Assembly: GCA_030059665.1 (NCBI GenBank)
Contig: JANVYR010000001.1
Location: 512,001-576,000, forward strand
DNA: 64,000 nucleotides
Source of the DNA: Candidatus Calditenuis fumarioli
GTDB lineage: Archaea; Thermoproteota; Nitrososphaeria_A; Caldarchaeales; Calditenuaceae
Direction of reading: 5' to 3'
Both the position numbers and the translations under genes were made by a program. The notes beneath the pieces are model-generated. The model worked only from the letters and a program-made list of their open reading frames with translations, made no database searches and was not told the DNA's origin. Positions 40,323 to 49,407 of the stretch are shown piece after piece; the stretch's first letter is position 1, and each line of letters starts with the position of its first letter.

Positions 40323-41330
40323 TCACCCCTTTCTAATCATATCTCGCATATGCTTAACATCGCTTATTCTTCCCTTCTCTACAATTCTTGTTCCAACAAA
40401 CTTAAGAAAAACGTCGTCCAGAGTAGGCCTGGTAATAGAAACTCGGCCTATAGGTACGCCATTCTCTCTTAAGATATTTATTAAATATGGTAATGTTGAT
40501 TCGGCATCGCTGACAATTACATTTAAGCCTTCCTCTTCAACAATAACATCTTTAACATAAGATGATTTGCGGAATTCTTGAGCTATATCAGGTTTGAAGA
40601 TGCCCTTCTCGAATGTAATAGTAATAATCTCCCCGCCTAAGGAATGCTTCAACTCTTCGGCAGTCCCTCTCGCAACAATCTTTCCCTGATTTATTATGGC
40701 TATGTTATCAGCATATTGGTCGGCCTCATCCATATAATGCGTGTTGAAGAAAATGGTTACGCCATACTCCCTTTTAAAAACCTGTAAACTTTCCCAAACC
40801 ACCTTCCGGGCAGCAGGGTCCAAGCCAATGGTTGGTTCGTCCAAAAAGATTATTTTGGGCTTTATGAGCATGGCGCATGCTATTTCCAGTCTCCTGATCA
40901 TTCCTCCTGAATACGTGCTAACGGGCTCGTTCTGCACACCGGTCAGACCCATATTTTCCAAGACCTCATCGATTACCTTCCTTCTTTCATGACGCGGTAT
41001 TCCAAAAATTTTCGCGTATATCAGGAGGTTCTCGTAGCCACTGATGTCTGTCCAGACGCTCATCTCTTGGGGGACATAGCTTATCAGCCTCCTAACTTTA
41101 CTGCCTTGTCGAACGACGTCCAATCCGAAAACGCGCGCTTCGCCTGCCGTAGGTCTAATCTGTGTTGTCAAAATACGCATAAGCGTCGTTTTTCCAGCAC
41201 CGTTAGGACCTAAAAGAGCAAATGACGTCCCGGCATCAACAGTCAAATCCACCTTATCCAATGCCCTTACCTTTCCACCATAAACTTTTACAAGGCCTTT
41301 GGTCTGTACAGCAAGCTCCATATCGCTCAT
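40323..41330 (-). CDS. DrrA-like ABC ATP-binding protein
   Basis: GPNGAGKTT, YSGGM, FLDEPTIGLD, THYMDEAD, PTLDDVF. Confidence 0.94.
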   Translation of the reverse strand: MSDMELAVQTKGLVKVYGGKVRALDKVDLTVDAGTSFALLGPNGAGKTTLMRILTTQIRPTAGEARVFGLDVVRQGSKVRRLISYVPQEMSVWTDISGYENLLIYAKIFGIPRHERRKVIDEVLENMGLTGVQNEPVSTYSGGMIRRLEIACAMLIKPKIIFLDEPTIGLDPAARKVVWESLQVFKREYGVTIFFNTHYMDEADQYADNIAIINQGKIVARGTAEELKHSLGGEIITITFEKGIFKPDIAQEFRKSSYVKDVIVEEEGLNVIVSDAESTLPYLINILRENGVPIGRVSITRPTLDDVFLKFVGTRIVEKGRISDVKHMRDMIRKG

Positions 41331-41719
41331 CCAGCGATCATAGGGACAGAGGTCTATAGAACTATTTGTTCGGCACGTCGTTCAAAAACATTAGAGTCTC
41401 GATGGATGTATGCGATGTTACTTCTTATATACTCATCTACCGGAACTCGGTCAAGGAACAGCTGAGGGATGAACACGGTACGTTGATGCTTAGTCGGACC
41501 AATTCCTGTTCCTCCCGTCCTATCTCGAGCACCTTAGAGTCTCATTAGACCTAACCCTCCCTTGGTTGTTGAGACGCTCCCGCTATCTGGAAGGAATGCC
41601 GACCTGACTACATCTGAATCCACGATGCACGCAATGCTCCTGCGTATCGAACACTTACTATGACGAACAAAACATCTAGTAAAGTCAAATAGGGATAGCT
41701 GAAGGGAGGTGTTAATTAA

Positions 41720-42919
41720 TTGCTGCAATCTGTCCTCTCGGAGCGGATGGTCCGGCTGATCAGGTTCTTCGCGCCGAGGGGAATCAGAGTATCGAGGGCG
41801 ATGGGCCAGTACGTCTGGGACACGGATGGCAGGAGGTACCTGGACTTCCACACCGGCAACGGTGCGGCCTTCCTCGGTCACCTCAACCCCCACGTGGTGA
41901 GGAGGTTGAGGGAGCAGTTGGACCGCGTCACGGTCCTGCCGCCGCTCTACGACAGCGACGCCCTCGACGAGGCCCTCTCCGCGCTCGGAAGGGTGCTCCC
42001 TCCGCACCTGGGGAACGTCTTCTTCCAGAACTCCGGGAGCGAGGCGGTTGAGCTGGCCCTGAAGCTGGCGAGGAAGAGGACGAGGAGGAGGAGGAAGGCG
42101 GTAGCCTTCACCGGCTCCTTCCACGGAAGGACGTTCGGTGCGCTCTCGGTCACCTTCAACAGGTCCTACAGGGAAGGTTACGAGCCGTTCCCCTTCGAGG
42201 TCGATTTCCTGCCCTTCAACTCGATCGATGACCTGCGGAGGATCGGGGAGGACGTGGCCGCCGCGATCGTCGAGCCAGTTCAGGGAGAGGGAGGCCTCAC
42301 GCCGGCGACCGAGGAGTTCCTGAGGGAGCTGGAGAGGAGGTGCAGGGAGGTGGGAGCGTACCTGATCGTCGACGAGGTCCAGTCAGGCTTCGGTAGGACC
42401 GGTCTCGTCTGGGACCACATGAGGGCGAACTTGAGGCCCGACGTCCTCGTGGCGGGGAAGTCGATCGGCGGAGGATTCCCCGTGAGCCTGGTGGCGGTGA
42501 CCGACGAGATAGCGTCGAGGGTGGAGGACGGAGAGCACGGCTCCACTCACGGAGGCAACCCGCTTGCGCTGGCTGCGGTGACCGGCGGCGTCGAGGCCCT
42601 CATCTCTGACGACGTGCCCTCGAAGGCGAGGGCCGCGGCGGAGCTGCTCATGTCCGGACTGAGGGAGATCGCTTCGGAGAACGGCCAGGTCGTCAGGTCG
42701 GTGAAGGGGAGGGGGCTGATGTTGGGCCTGGAGCTCCGGTTCAACCCCGCACAAGCGATCAGGGACCTGCAGACTCGTGGACTACTGGCGCTGAGGGCCG
42801 GCACGACCGTCCTGAGGTTCCTCCCGCCCTACCTGATCACGCCTGAGGACGTCGAGTGGGCAACGGCGCAGATCTCCGGGTCCCTGACCTCCCTCGGGTC
42901 CTCGAAGCCGTCCGGTTAG
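41720..42919 (+). CDS. lysJ: Acetylornithine / [LysW]-aminoadipate semialdehyde aminotransferase
   Basis: NSGSEA, FHGRT, EPVQGEGG, DEVQSG, GKSIGGG, HGSTHGGNP. Confidence 0.88.
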   Translation: MLQSVLSERMVRLIRFFAPRGIRVSRAMGQYVWDTDGRRYLDFHTGNGAAFLGHLNPHVVRRLREQLDRVTVLPPLYDSDALDEALSALGRVLPPHLGNVFFQNSGSEAVELALKLARKRTRRRRKAVAFTGSFHGRTFGALSVTFNRSYREGYEPFPFEVDFLPFNSIDDLRRIGEDVAAAIVEPVQGEGGLTPATEEFLRELERRCREVGAYLIVDEVQSGFGRTGLVWDHMRANLRPDVLVAGKSIGGGFPVSLVAVTDEIASRVEDGEHGSTHGGNPLALAAVTGGVEALISDDVPSKARAAAELLMSGLREIASENGQVVRSVKGRGLMLGLELRFNPAQAIRDLQTRGLLALRAGTTVLRFLPPYLITPEDVEWATAQISGSLTSLGSSKPSG

Positions 42920-43055
42920 AGGCGCGCTCCGCAGCGGGAGGCAGATGAGTCCTCCGCTCGTATCGGAGGGCCCTTCCTGGGTCGTTTCTCCGGCAAACCG
43001 CGGAGGTTCGAGCCCAAAAGAGCTTCAAGGAGGGGCGCGAGGATCTGCTCAGCGG

Positions 43056-43595
43056 ATGAAGAGCATCAAGGTCGTGATCGTCGGCCCGTTCAACGCAGGC
43101 AAGACCACACTGGTCAAAACACTCTCCGAGATCAGCATGACCCACGACGTCGAGGTCACCTCCCCCCAGGAGCGGGCCAAGAAGAGGACGACGACCGTCG
43201 GCATGGACTTCGGAATCGTCAACATCGGCGAGGGCTACGTCGTCAGGCTCTTCGGCTCGCCGGGACAGCCCAGGTTCTCATTCATGTGGAGGGTCTTCAT
43301 GCCCGGGACCGACGGCGTGATCTTCATGGTCGACTCTTCGGACAGGGAGGCGCTTCCGGAGGCGGCGAGGGAGTTCGCGAGGGCCAGGTCCACCTTCAGC
43401 GGCCTTCCGATGGTGGTGGCTGCGAACAAGCAGGACGTGCCCGATGCGATGCCCCCCGAAGTCGTGAGGTTCGTGCTCGACGTCCCCTCCACGGTGCCCG
43501 TGATACCGTGCGTAGCAACCGACAGGGGTATGGCCTGGAGGGTTTTGGGGACGCTTCTGGAGGAGGTCTTCCGGGTCAACAGGATTCAGGTCTGA
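43056..43595 (+). CDS. Small GTPase, MglA/CvnD (ATP_bind_1) type
   Basis: GPFNAGKTT, TTTVGMDFG, FGSPGQPRF, ANKQD, CVA; ATG 43056. Confidence 0.88.
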   Translation: MKSIKVVIVGPFNAGKTTLVKTLSEISMTHDVEVTSPQERAKKRTTTVGMDFGIVNIGEGYVVRLFGSPGQPRFSFMWRVFMPGTDGVIFMVDSSDREALPEAAREFARARSTFSGLPMVVAANKQDVPDAMPPEVVRFVLDVPSTVPVIPCVATDRGMAWRVLGTLLEEVFRVNRIQV

Positions 43596-43602
43596 CGGAC
43601 CC

Positions 43603-45525
43603 TCAGCTCCCAGAATCTCCCTGCTCCTGACCCGTCGCCTTTCGGGAGACCTTCAACTCGACGACCTCTCCGACGCCGTACGGAACCAGCGCGACCAGCT
43701 GGGATGCGACATCCTCGTCTGGCCTCGTGCCCCACGCCCTCTCCACCTCCCTAAGGAGCTCCGCCACCAGCTCCCTCGCTGGCTTCCGGCCGGGACGGAG
43801 AACGAGGTAGGCGTCCGCGACGGACCTCACGTAGTCCGGGTGGCCTGAGACTACACGACCGTCACCGGTCAGACCTATCGCGAGTTTGAGCTCCGCGATC
43901 AGGTAGTTCTTCGGAGGCTTGACGACGAAGGAGCCCTTCTCGAGGTAGGTCCCGGGAGGAGGGGTGAAGGAGACCTGTTCTGGCCTCACGTAGTAGACCG
44001 ATACGCTCCCGAGGCCCTCCCGCCAGGCCCTGCTGTAGGAGGCGCAGAAGGTCGCGGCCTGGACGACGTCCGACTCTTCGGATGCCCCTCCCTTCAGGAG
44101 CACGGCCGGTGATCCCCGGACCTCCGCGTGGAAGACCAGGTCCCCGGGCTCCATGTGTTTCTTCAGGAGCCTGACGTTGGATGAGGCGTCCCTCCCGGCG
44201 ACGACGAGCTTCCCCGATGTGGTGAAGGTCCACCGGTAGGACTCGTACCACTGCTTGGGCCTGGAAGGTCTGAACGCCACTGGCTTCGGTGCCTCGGCCC
44301 TCGTCGCCTCGCGCCTGACCCTCTCGATCTCCCTCCTCAGCGCCTCGGCCTCCGAGAGGACGTTCCTCCTCGCCTCCTCCAGCCCCTTCGCTTTGTCGAA
44401 GATCGATGAGACCTGCCGCGTCACGGGCTCGGAGAGGCCCATCAGGAGCTTGCGGCCGCAGACGTCCACCTCCAACGCGTTCCCCTTCACCTCGGCCCTC
44501 AGCGTTCCGAGATCGATCGATCCGGACCTGCTCAGCCTGAGCCTCTCCAGCTCAGCTGCATTTGTGAAGATAGCCTGAGCGGCCCTTCTCAGCTCCTCCG
44601 CCTCCCGACCCAGCGAGGCCGCTAGCGCGAGCTTCTCCTCCAGCTCCCTCTCCATCCTCCTCGCCTTCTCCTCGGCCTCCCTCGCCTTCGCGGACCTGCT
44701 CAGGTGCTCCACCGCGAGCCTCAGGTACTCAAGAACGGCCTCGTTCACCCCCTCGAACTCCCTCACCTCCACCGCCTCGAACTCGAGGTGCGTCAGCCTG
44801 ACCAGCGATAGCTCGACCCTTCCGGTGAGCAGGTAGATCCTAGGCCTCCCGGACCTGGCCTCCTCCAGGAGCCTCCCCAGCGTGGCCCTCAGTCCCTCGA
44901 GCTGCTCCTCCGTCAGGTCGCCGATCCTCACGTCGCCTCTCAGCCCGGACCTGTGGAGGGCCTCGTTGGCGTACTTCGGCGCGATGCCCAGCTCCCTCAC
45001 CAGCACCGAACCCAACTTCTTCGACGGCCCGGCGGACCTGACCTCCCCCAGCGACGGCATGCCCTTGACCTCCTTGGAAACGCATGGGCCCGTCAGACCC
45101 TCTCCGGACTTCAGGGGCGGGTGCGCCGCGAGCACCTGTCCCTCAGTACCTCCGAGAAGCAGTAGCCTGCCGCCGGGGTAGAGCTCGCAGCAGAGCCTCA
45201 GGCCTCCCTCGAATCCCATCGAGATCGCCCTCTCGCCCCTGAAGGGTTCGAGGCTCGTCAGGGTCCTTCCCCTGAGGTGCTCCCTGAGGGCCCTGCAGAA
45301 GCCGTCCGGTTCGGCCCTCTCCTCGAACGTCCCCTTGACCAGCACCAACAACGATTCGGGCACGAGCTGGAGCTCCCAGCTGATCCCCTCCCCCCTCAGC
45401 CTGATCGTGTAGGACCCGTCGGGAAGGAGGTAGGCGTTCTGGACCCTCGAGCCGACGACCTGGGGAGCGATCTCCGCTGAGAGCCGTTCGATCTCGATGC
45501 TGGAGAGCTGGACCCGCACGACCAC
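43603..45525 (-). CDS. Rqc2/NEMF (NFACT) ribosome quality-control protein
   Basis: NFACT-N region, coiled coil, WYESYRW, GRDA-x-x-N, FHAE-x-x-GSP, YLEKGSF. Confidence 0.88.
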   Translation of the reverse strand: MVVRVQLSSIEIERLSAEIAPQVVGSRVQNAYLLPDGSYTIRLRGEGISWELQLVPESLLVLVKGTFEERAEPDGFCRALREHLRGRTLTSLEPFRGERAISMGFEGGLRLCCELYPGGRLLLLGGTEGQVLAAHPPLKSGEGLTGPCVSKEVKGMPSLGEVRSAGPSKKLGSVLVRELGIAPKYANEALHRSGLRGDVRIGDLTEEQLEGLRATLGRLLEEARSGRPRIYLLTGRVELSLVRLTHLEFEAVEVREFEGVNEAVLEYLRLAVEHLSRSAKAREAEEKARRMERELEEKLALAASLGREAEELRRAAQAIFTNAAELERLRLSRSGSIDLGTLRAEVKGNALEVDVCGRKLLMGLSEPVTRQVSSIFDKAKGLEEARRNVLSEAEALRREIERVRREATRAEAPKPVAFRPSRPKQWYESYRWTFTTSGKLVVAGRDASSNVRLLKKHMEPGDLVFHAEVRGSPAVLLKGGASEESDVVQAATFCASYSRAWREGLGSVSVYYVRPEQVSFTPPPGTYLEKGSFVVKPPKNYLIAELKLAIGLTGDGRVVSGHPDYVRSVADAYLVLRPGRKPARELVAELLREVERAWGTRPDEDVASQLVALVPYGVGEVVELKVSRKATGQEQGDSGS

Positions 45526-45540
45526 GTCCGCGGCCTTGCT

Positions 45541-46770
45541 CTACCTGTCCCACTCCACAGGCCAGAAGTTGTGGCTCCAGTAGATCACCGGTATGTCCGC
45601 CAACCTCTTACCGCGTGCGAGGTTAGGAAGCAGGATCAGGTTCCTGAAGGAAGGCGTCAGGATCCTCACGCGGTAGGGCCTGTCCGCTGCATCGGACCTG
45701 ATGTAGTAGGCGCACTCGCCGTGGGCCGCCTCCACCCTCGCGAAGGCCTCGCCGGCGGGGACCCTCAGGTTGATCGGGTGCTGCTTGTTCTTGACCGGGC
45801 CCTCCGGCATCATCTCGATGGCCTGCCGGATGATGTTGACGCTCTGGAGCATCTCCTCGTACGCGATCCACGCCCTGGCGTAGGCGTCCCCCTCGGTCCT
45901 CACGGGTACCTCGAACCTGAACCTGTCGTAGGCGTCGTAGGGCTCGTCGATCCTGACGTCCCGCTTGAAGCCGGAGGCCCTCAGGCTGACCCCGACCGCT
46001 CCGAGCTCAGCTGCCATCTCCCTGGTCAGCACGCCCACGCCCCTGGTCCTGTCGATGAAGATCGAGTTCTCCAGTATCAGGTCCCTGTAGTGCTGGAGGC
46101 GGGCCTCGAGGAAGTCCATCACCCTCAGCACGTACTTCGGGAAGTCGTCCGTCAGCTCTCCCTCGGCCGGTGACCTGCCGGTAGCGTCCCTGTACCAGGC
46201 CCTGAACCGCTTCACCAGCTCGCCCGGTACCTTCTTCGGGACGTCGTTCCTCACACCTCCGGGGACGAAGTAGGAATGTGTGATCCGCTGACCTCCGATG
46301 AACTGGACGAGGTCCACCACGAACTCCCGGTCGCCGAAGCACCAGAGGAAGGGCGTTGTCAGGCCTAGGAAGACGCCGTACAGCGCGAAGTAGTAGAAGT
46401 GGCTGCCGATCCTGTTCAGCTCCGCGACGAGCGGCCTGATGAACTTGGCCCTCTCCGGGATCTCGACGCCAATCAGCCTCTCCACCGCCAGGCAATATGG
46501 GTAGATCAGGCCGGCCGAGTCCAGGATCGCGGGGCGCTCGAGGTGGGGTATGTTGGTGATCCAGGTCTTCTGCTCGCACATCTTCTCCTCTCCCCTGTGG
46601 ACGTACCCGGGATCAGGGTCGAGGTCGATCACGGTATCGCCTAGGACGCGGACGATCATCCTGAAGTGCCCGGTGCCTGGGTGCTGGGGACCGTAGGAGA
46701 ACGCCAGGCCCTCGCCGGCCTCCCAGATCGAGATCTCCTTGACCTCGGCATCCTCAGCCATCGGCCCCAC
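45541..46770 (-). CDS. nuoD: NADH:quinone oxidoreductase-like complex I subunit D
   Basis: GPQHPGTGH, GYVHRGEEK, ELNRIGSH, GGVR, LRASG, EA-x-x-GE, PSF; no NiFe CxxC pairs. Confidence 0.9.
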   Translation of the reverse strand: MGPMAEDAEVKEISIWEAGEGLAFSYGPQHPGTGHFRMIVRVLGDTVIDLDPDPGYVHRGEEKMCEQKTWITNIPHLERPAILDSAGLIYPYCLAVERLIGVEIPERAKFIRPLVAELNRIGSHFYYFALYGVFLGLTTPFLWCFGDREFVVDLVQFIGGQRITHSYFVPGGVRNDVPKKVPGELVKRFRAWYRDATGRSPAEGELTDDFPKYVLRVMDFLEARLQHYRDLILENSIFIDRTRGVGVLTREMAAELGAVGVSLRASGFKRDVRIDEPYDAYDRFRFEVPVRTEGDAYARAWIAYEEMLQSVNIIRQAIEMMPEGPVKNKQHPINLRVPAGEAFARVEAAHGECAYYIRSDAADRPYRVRILTPSFRNLILLPNLARGKRLADIPVIYWSHNFWPVEWDR

Positions 46771-47022
46771 TTCCCTCTCGCCGAATATATAACCGCCTTT
46801 TCACGAGGCGGTGTTGCGTGCTGCGGTGGCTCCCAGCGGCAACGGAACCGAGACCTTACCCGTCTCCTTCACCGGCGAGCTCGCCCTCGCAGCGAAGGGG
46901 GACCGCTCGCGATCCGCGCGTCCCAACCTCCTCGAGACGAGTTGGAGGTTCCGTAGAACTGTTCTGCTTCAGGGCCGCATCAGATTTTTTAGTAATGGCT
47001 CGAGAGCTCGGAGGGAGAGAAG

Positions 47023-47469
47023 ATGGCGAGGATGCACGCGAGGAAGCGGGGTAAGTCCGGATCCAAGAGGCCCCTGGCGAAGACTCCGCCGAGCTGGCTG
47101 ACGGTCACACCTCAGGAGGTGGAGGAGCTCGTGGTCAGCTACGCGAAGGCCGGGATGACGCCCAGCATGATAGGCGTTGTCCTCAGGGACCAGCACGGCA
47201 TACCCCTGGTCAAGGCGGTGACGGGCAAGTCGATCACGCAGATCCTCGCGGAGAGGGGGCTCCTTCCTGAGATACCGGAGGACCTGATGCACCTCATCGA
47301 GCGGGCGAGGAGGATGCACGTCCACCTCCAGCGACACAGATCTGACCGCTACAACAGGCACAGGCTCCAGCTCCTCGAGGCCAAGATCCACAGGCTGGTG
47401 AAGTACTACAAGCGCGTCGGCAAGGTCCCGAAGGACTTCCAGTTCAGGACGCTGTACACCTACGCCTGA
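47023..47469 (+). CDS. rps15: 30S ribosomal protein S15 (S13e family)
   Basis: MARMHARKRGKSGS, IGVVLRDQHGIP, IPEDL, EAKIHRLVKYYK. Confidence 0.98.
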   Translation: MARMHARKRGKSGSKRPLAKTPPSWLTVTPQEVEELVVSYAKAGMTPSMIGVVLRDQHGIPLVKAVTGKSITQILAERGLLPEIPEDLMHLIERARRMHVHLQRHRSDRYNRHRLQLLEAKIHRLVKYYKRVGKVPKDFQFRTLYTYA

Positions 47470-47480
47470 TCCGATGAACT

Positions 47481-47657
47481 ATGTCCTCCCGTACGACCGA
47501 GAGGGGCATCGCGTACGCCCTGCTCGGTGCGGTGCTGCTGCTGGTGGGCATCGCGGTGAGCTGGCGCCTCCTCGTGGAGCTCATCGGCCTGCTGGTGGCA
47601 GCGCTCGGCCTCTTCCTGCTGCTGAAGGGCATCGGTGACCTCCTGGGGAGATGGTAG
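47481..47657 (+). CDS. 58-aa two-TM membrane protein, absent from the ORF track
   Basis: Manual translation MSSRTTERGIAYALLGAVLLLVGIAVSWRLLVELIGLLVAALGLFLLLKGIGDLLGRW*; overlaps the next start by 7 nt. Confidence 0.75.
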   Translation: MSSRTTERGIAYALLGAVLLLVGIAVSWRLLVELIGLLVAALGLFLLLKGIGDLLGRW

Positions 47658-48169
47658 CAAGCTTGCTGACCGTTCAACTGGATCAGCTCCTCCCCCTTGC
47701 GCAGCTTTTGGCGGGCCTTCTCCTGATTTTGGTCGGGAGGGGTCTGGTCAGGTTCGGCGCCTTCGTCGCGGCCGGCTCGATAGGGGCCTATCTGATCTGG
47801 TTTCTCATAGGCAGATCGCTCGGTGAGGTCGCATCGCTGGTCCTCTTGGTCCTAGGCTTCGTCGGGTTCGGGCTGCTGGGGCTCCTTCTGCTCCGGGTGG
47901 GCGTCGGCGTCGCATCGGGTGTCCTCGCGTACCTGATCGCTTCGGGCCTGGGGCTGCAGTGGTTCTACGCCCTCGCGGCCTCGCTGGTGGCGCTCGCGGT
48001 CGCACTGCTGTGGCACGAGCACGCCCTCGCGGTCCTTTCGGTCTCTGTGGGTGCTCTTCTAGTTCAGAGGGGACTCTCCTGGCATCAGATGGATCCCGGG
48101 ATCGTTGTCATGATCGTCGCAGCTCTGGTCGCCCTGGGGCTGACGGTCCAGCTGAGGCCGAGGAGGTGA
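47651..48169 (+). CDS. Polytopic membrane protein (DUF4203-like)
   Basis: About six Gly-rich hydrophobic segments. Confidence 0.75.
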   Translation: MVASLLTVQLDQLLPLAQLLAGLLLILVGRGLVRFGAFVAAGSIGAYLIWFLIGRSLGEVASLVLLVLGFVGFGLLGLLLLRVGVGVASGVLAYLIASGLGLQWFYALAASLVALAVALLWHEHALAVLSVSVGALLVQRGLSWHQMDPGIVVMIVAALVALGLTVQLRPRR

Positions 48170-48218
48170 ATCGCGTCCGACGACAAAGTTCATTGAGGCC
48201 TGTTGCTGTGAAAGGACG

Positions 48219-49103
48219 TTGATCGTGGTCAACCTCACCGGATACGACGTGGAGGTCTCGCAGGAAGGTGATCGTGCTTTCACGGTAACCGTCAGGTCCA
48301 AGAGAGAGGTCAGGGTCCGCGGCATCGAGACGGGAGTCGGACGGTGGAGCTTCGGCTACACGAGCAGCCGGCACGGCAAACGGTGGAACGTGGGCTTCGA
48401 GATGATCAGCGTCCACGGACGTGTGGGGGACCAAAGTAAAACAAGGGAGGTCGAGGTGAGGCTGATCGGTGATCGTCCCTCATCGGGCTTCGTGGTGAAG
48501 GATGACCTGCGCGGGTTCCTTTACTGTACCGCCGCTAGGGCGGACATCGCCGGAGCCTTCGACGTCCACGTGTGCCTCTTCGCTCCAGCGCCGTCGCCAC
48601 CTCAGGTGCAGGCGGAGAAGTCGATGCTGACCGCCAGCTCTGACGGCTCCTTCGCGATCGCGTACCTCCAACCATCCGGGTCTGGACTCGAGGTCTCGGT
48701 CACGTGCAGCGGTGAGGGCGTAAGGTCTGCCCGACTGGAGCTCGAGAGGTCAGGTTCCTTCAAGCTCGGATTCTTGAACGAGCTGAAATCGGTCGAGAGG
48801 TTGGTGACGGTGCTTCCAGGTCAGAGCTCCAAGGTCACCTGGTCTCCCGCGAACGGGCCAGCGGATCCCGTGTTGCTCGTCACAACGATCAACGACGCCT
48901 TAGACCAGAGGAAGTTCCAGAAGTTCCTGAGCGCCATCGGGTGCAGGGTGCGCGCCGGCCTCTTCGGAGGCATGATCCCTGAGTTCGGGGACGTCTTCGT
49001 GATGGGCGACCATGAGCCCGTGAGGCACGTGATGCGATTGGTGCTGGATTTGCCTTGGAAGGTCGACGTGAAGGAAAGCGCGGAGCTGCAGGTCATCGGA
49101 TGA
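48219..49103 (+). CDS. Hypothetical beta-rich protein
   Basis: 294-aa ORF; family not recognised. Confidence 0.65.
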   Translation: MIVVNLTGYDVEVSQEGDRAFTVTVRSKREVRVRGIETGVGRWSFGYTSSRHGKRWNVGFEMISVHGRVGDQSKTREVEVRLIGDRPSSGFVVKDDLRGFLYCTAARADIAGAFDVHVCLFAPAPSPPQVQAEKSMLTASSDGSFAIAYLQPSGSGLEVSVTCSGEGVRSARLELERSGSFKLGFLNELKSVERLVTVLPGQSSKVTWSPANGPADPVLLVTTINDALDQRKFQKFLSAIGCRVRAGLFGGMIPEFGDVFVMGDHEPVRHVMRLVLDLPWKVDVKESAELQVIG

Positions 49104-49246
49104 GGAGTTCGAGCGGCCCATGGCTTCGGGCTACCGCCCGTTCCGCTCGATGCACCAACGGTCAGGACCCGCCTCATCCGTCGGTCGGTTCTGATGTGCC
49201 GCGGATCATGGTTAAATGTCGCACCGTTGTGCAATTAGTGGCAGTC

Positions 49247-49318
49247 GGGCCGGTAGATCAGTGGTAGATCGCCCGCTTGGCGTGCGGGAGGTCGGGGGTT
49301 CAAATCCCCCCCGGTCCA
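49247..49318 (+). tRNA. tRNA-Ala(GGC)
   Basis: GGGCCGG...CCCGC-TT-GGC-GT-GCGGG...GGTTCAAATCC...CCGGTCC-A with G3:U70. Confidence 0.96.
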
Positions 49319-49407
49319 GAAATTAATCGTGTAATCGCAGTAGCCTCCTATGTGTCGCTTACAATTTCTACTGTGGTTAATGCTAAGAGATTTGGTGATA
49401 GCGCTGG

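Larger units (their letters stand above)
39173..41715. other. Lower-GC island carrying a DrrAB-like exporter, probably horizontally acquired
   Basis: About 42% GC in a hand-counted line (39601-39660) versus about 68% in core genes; no integrase or transposase seen. Confidence 0.65.

Noticed and set aside
47460-47660. Gln/His-rich minus-strand ORF
   Set aside because: Antisense of the Leu-rich 58-aa membrane gene on the plus strand.
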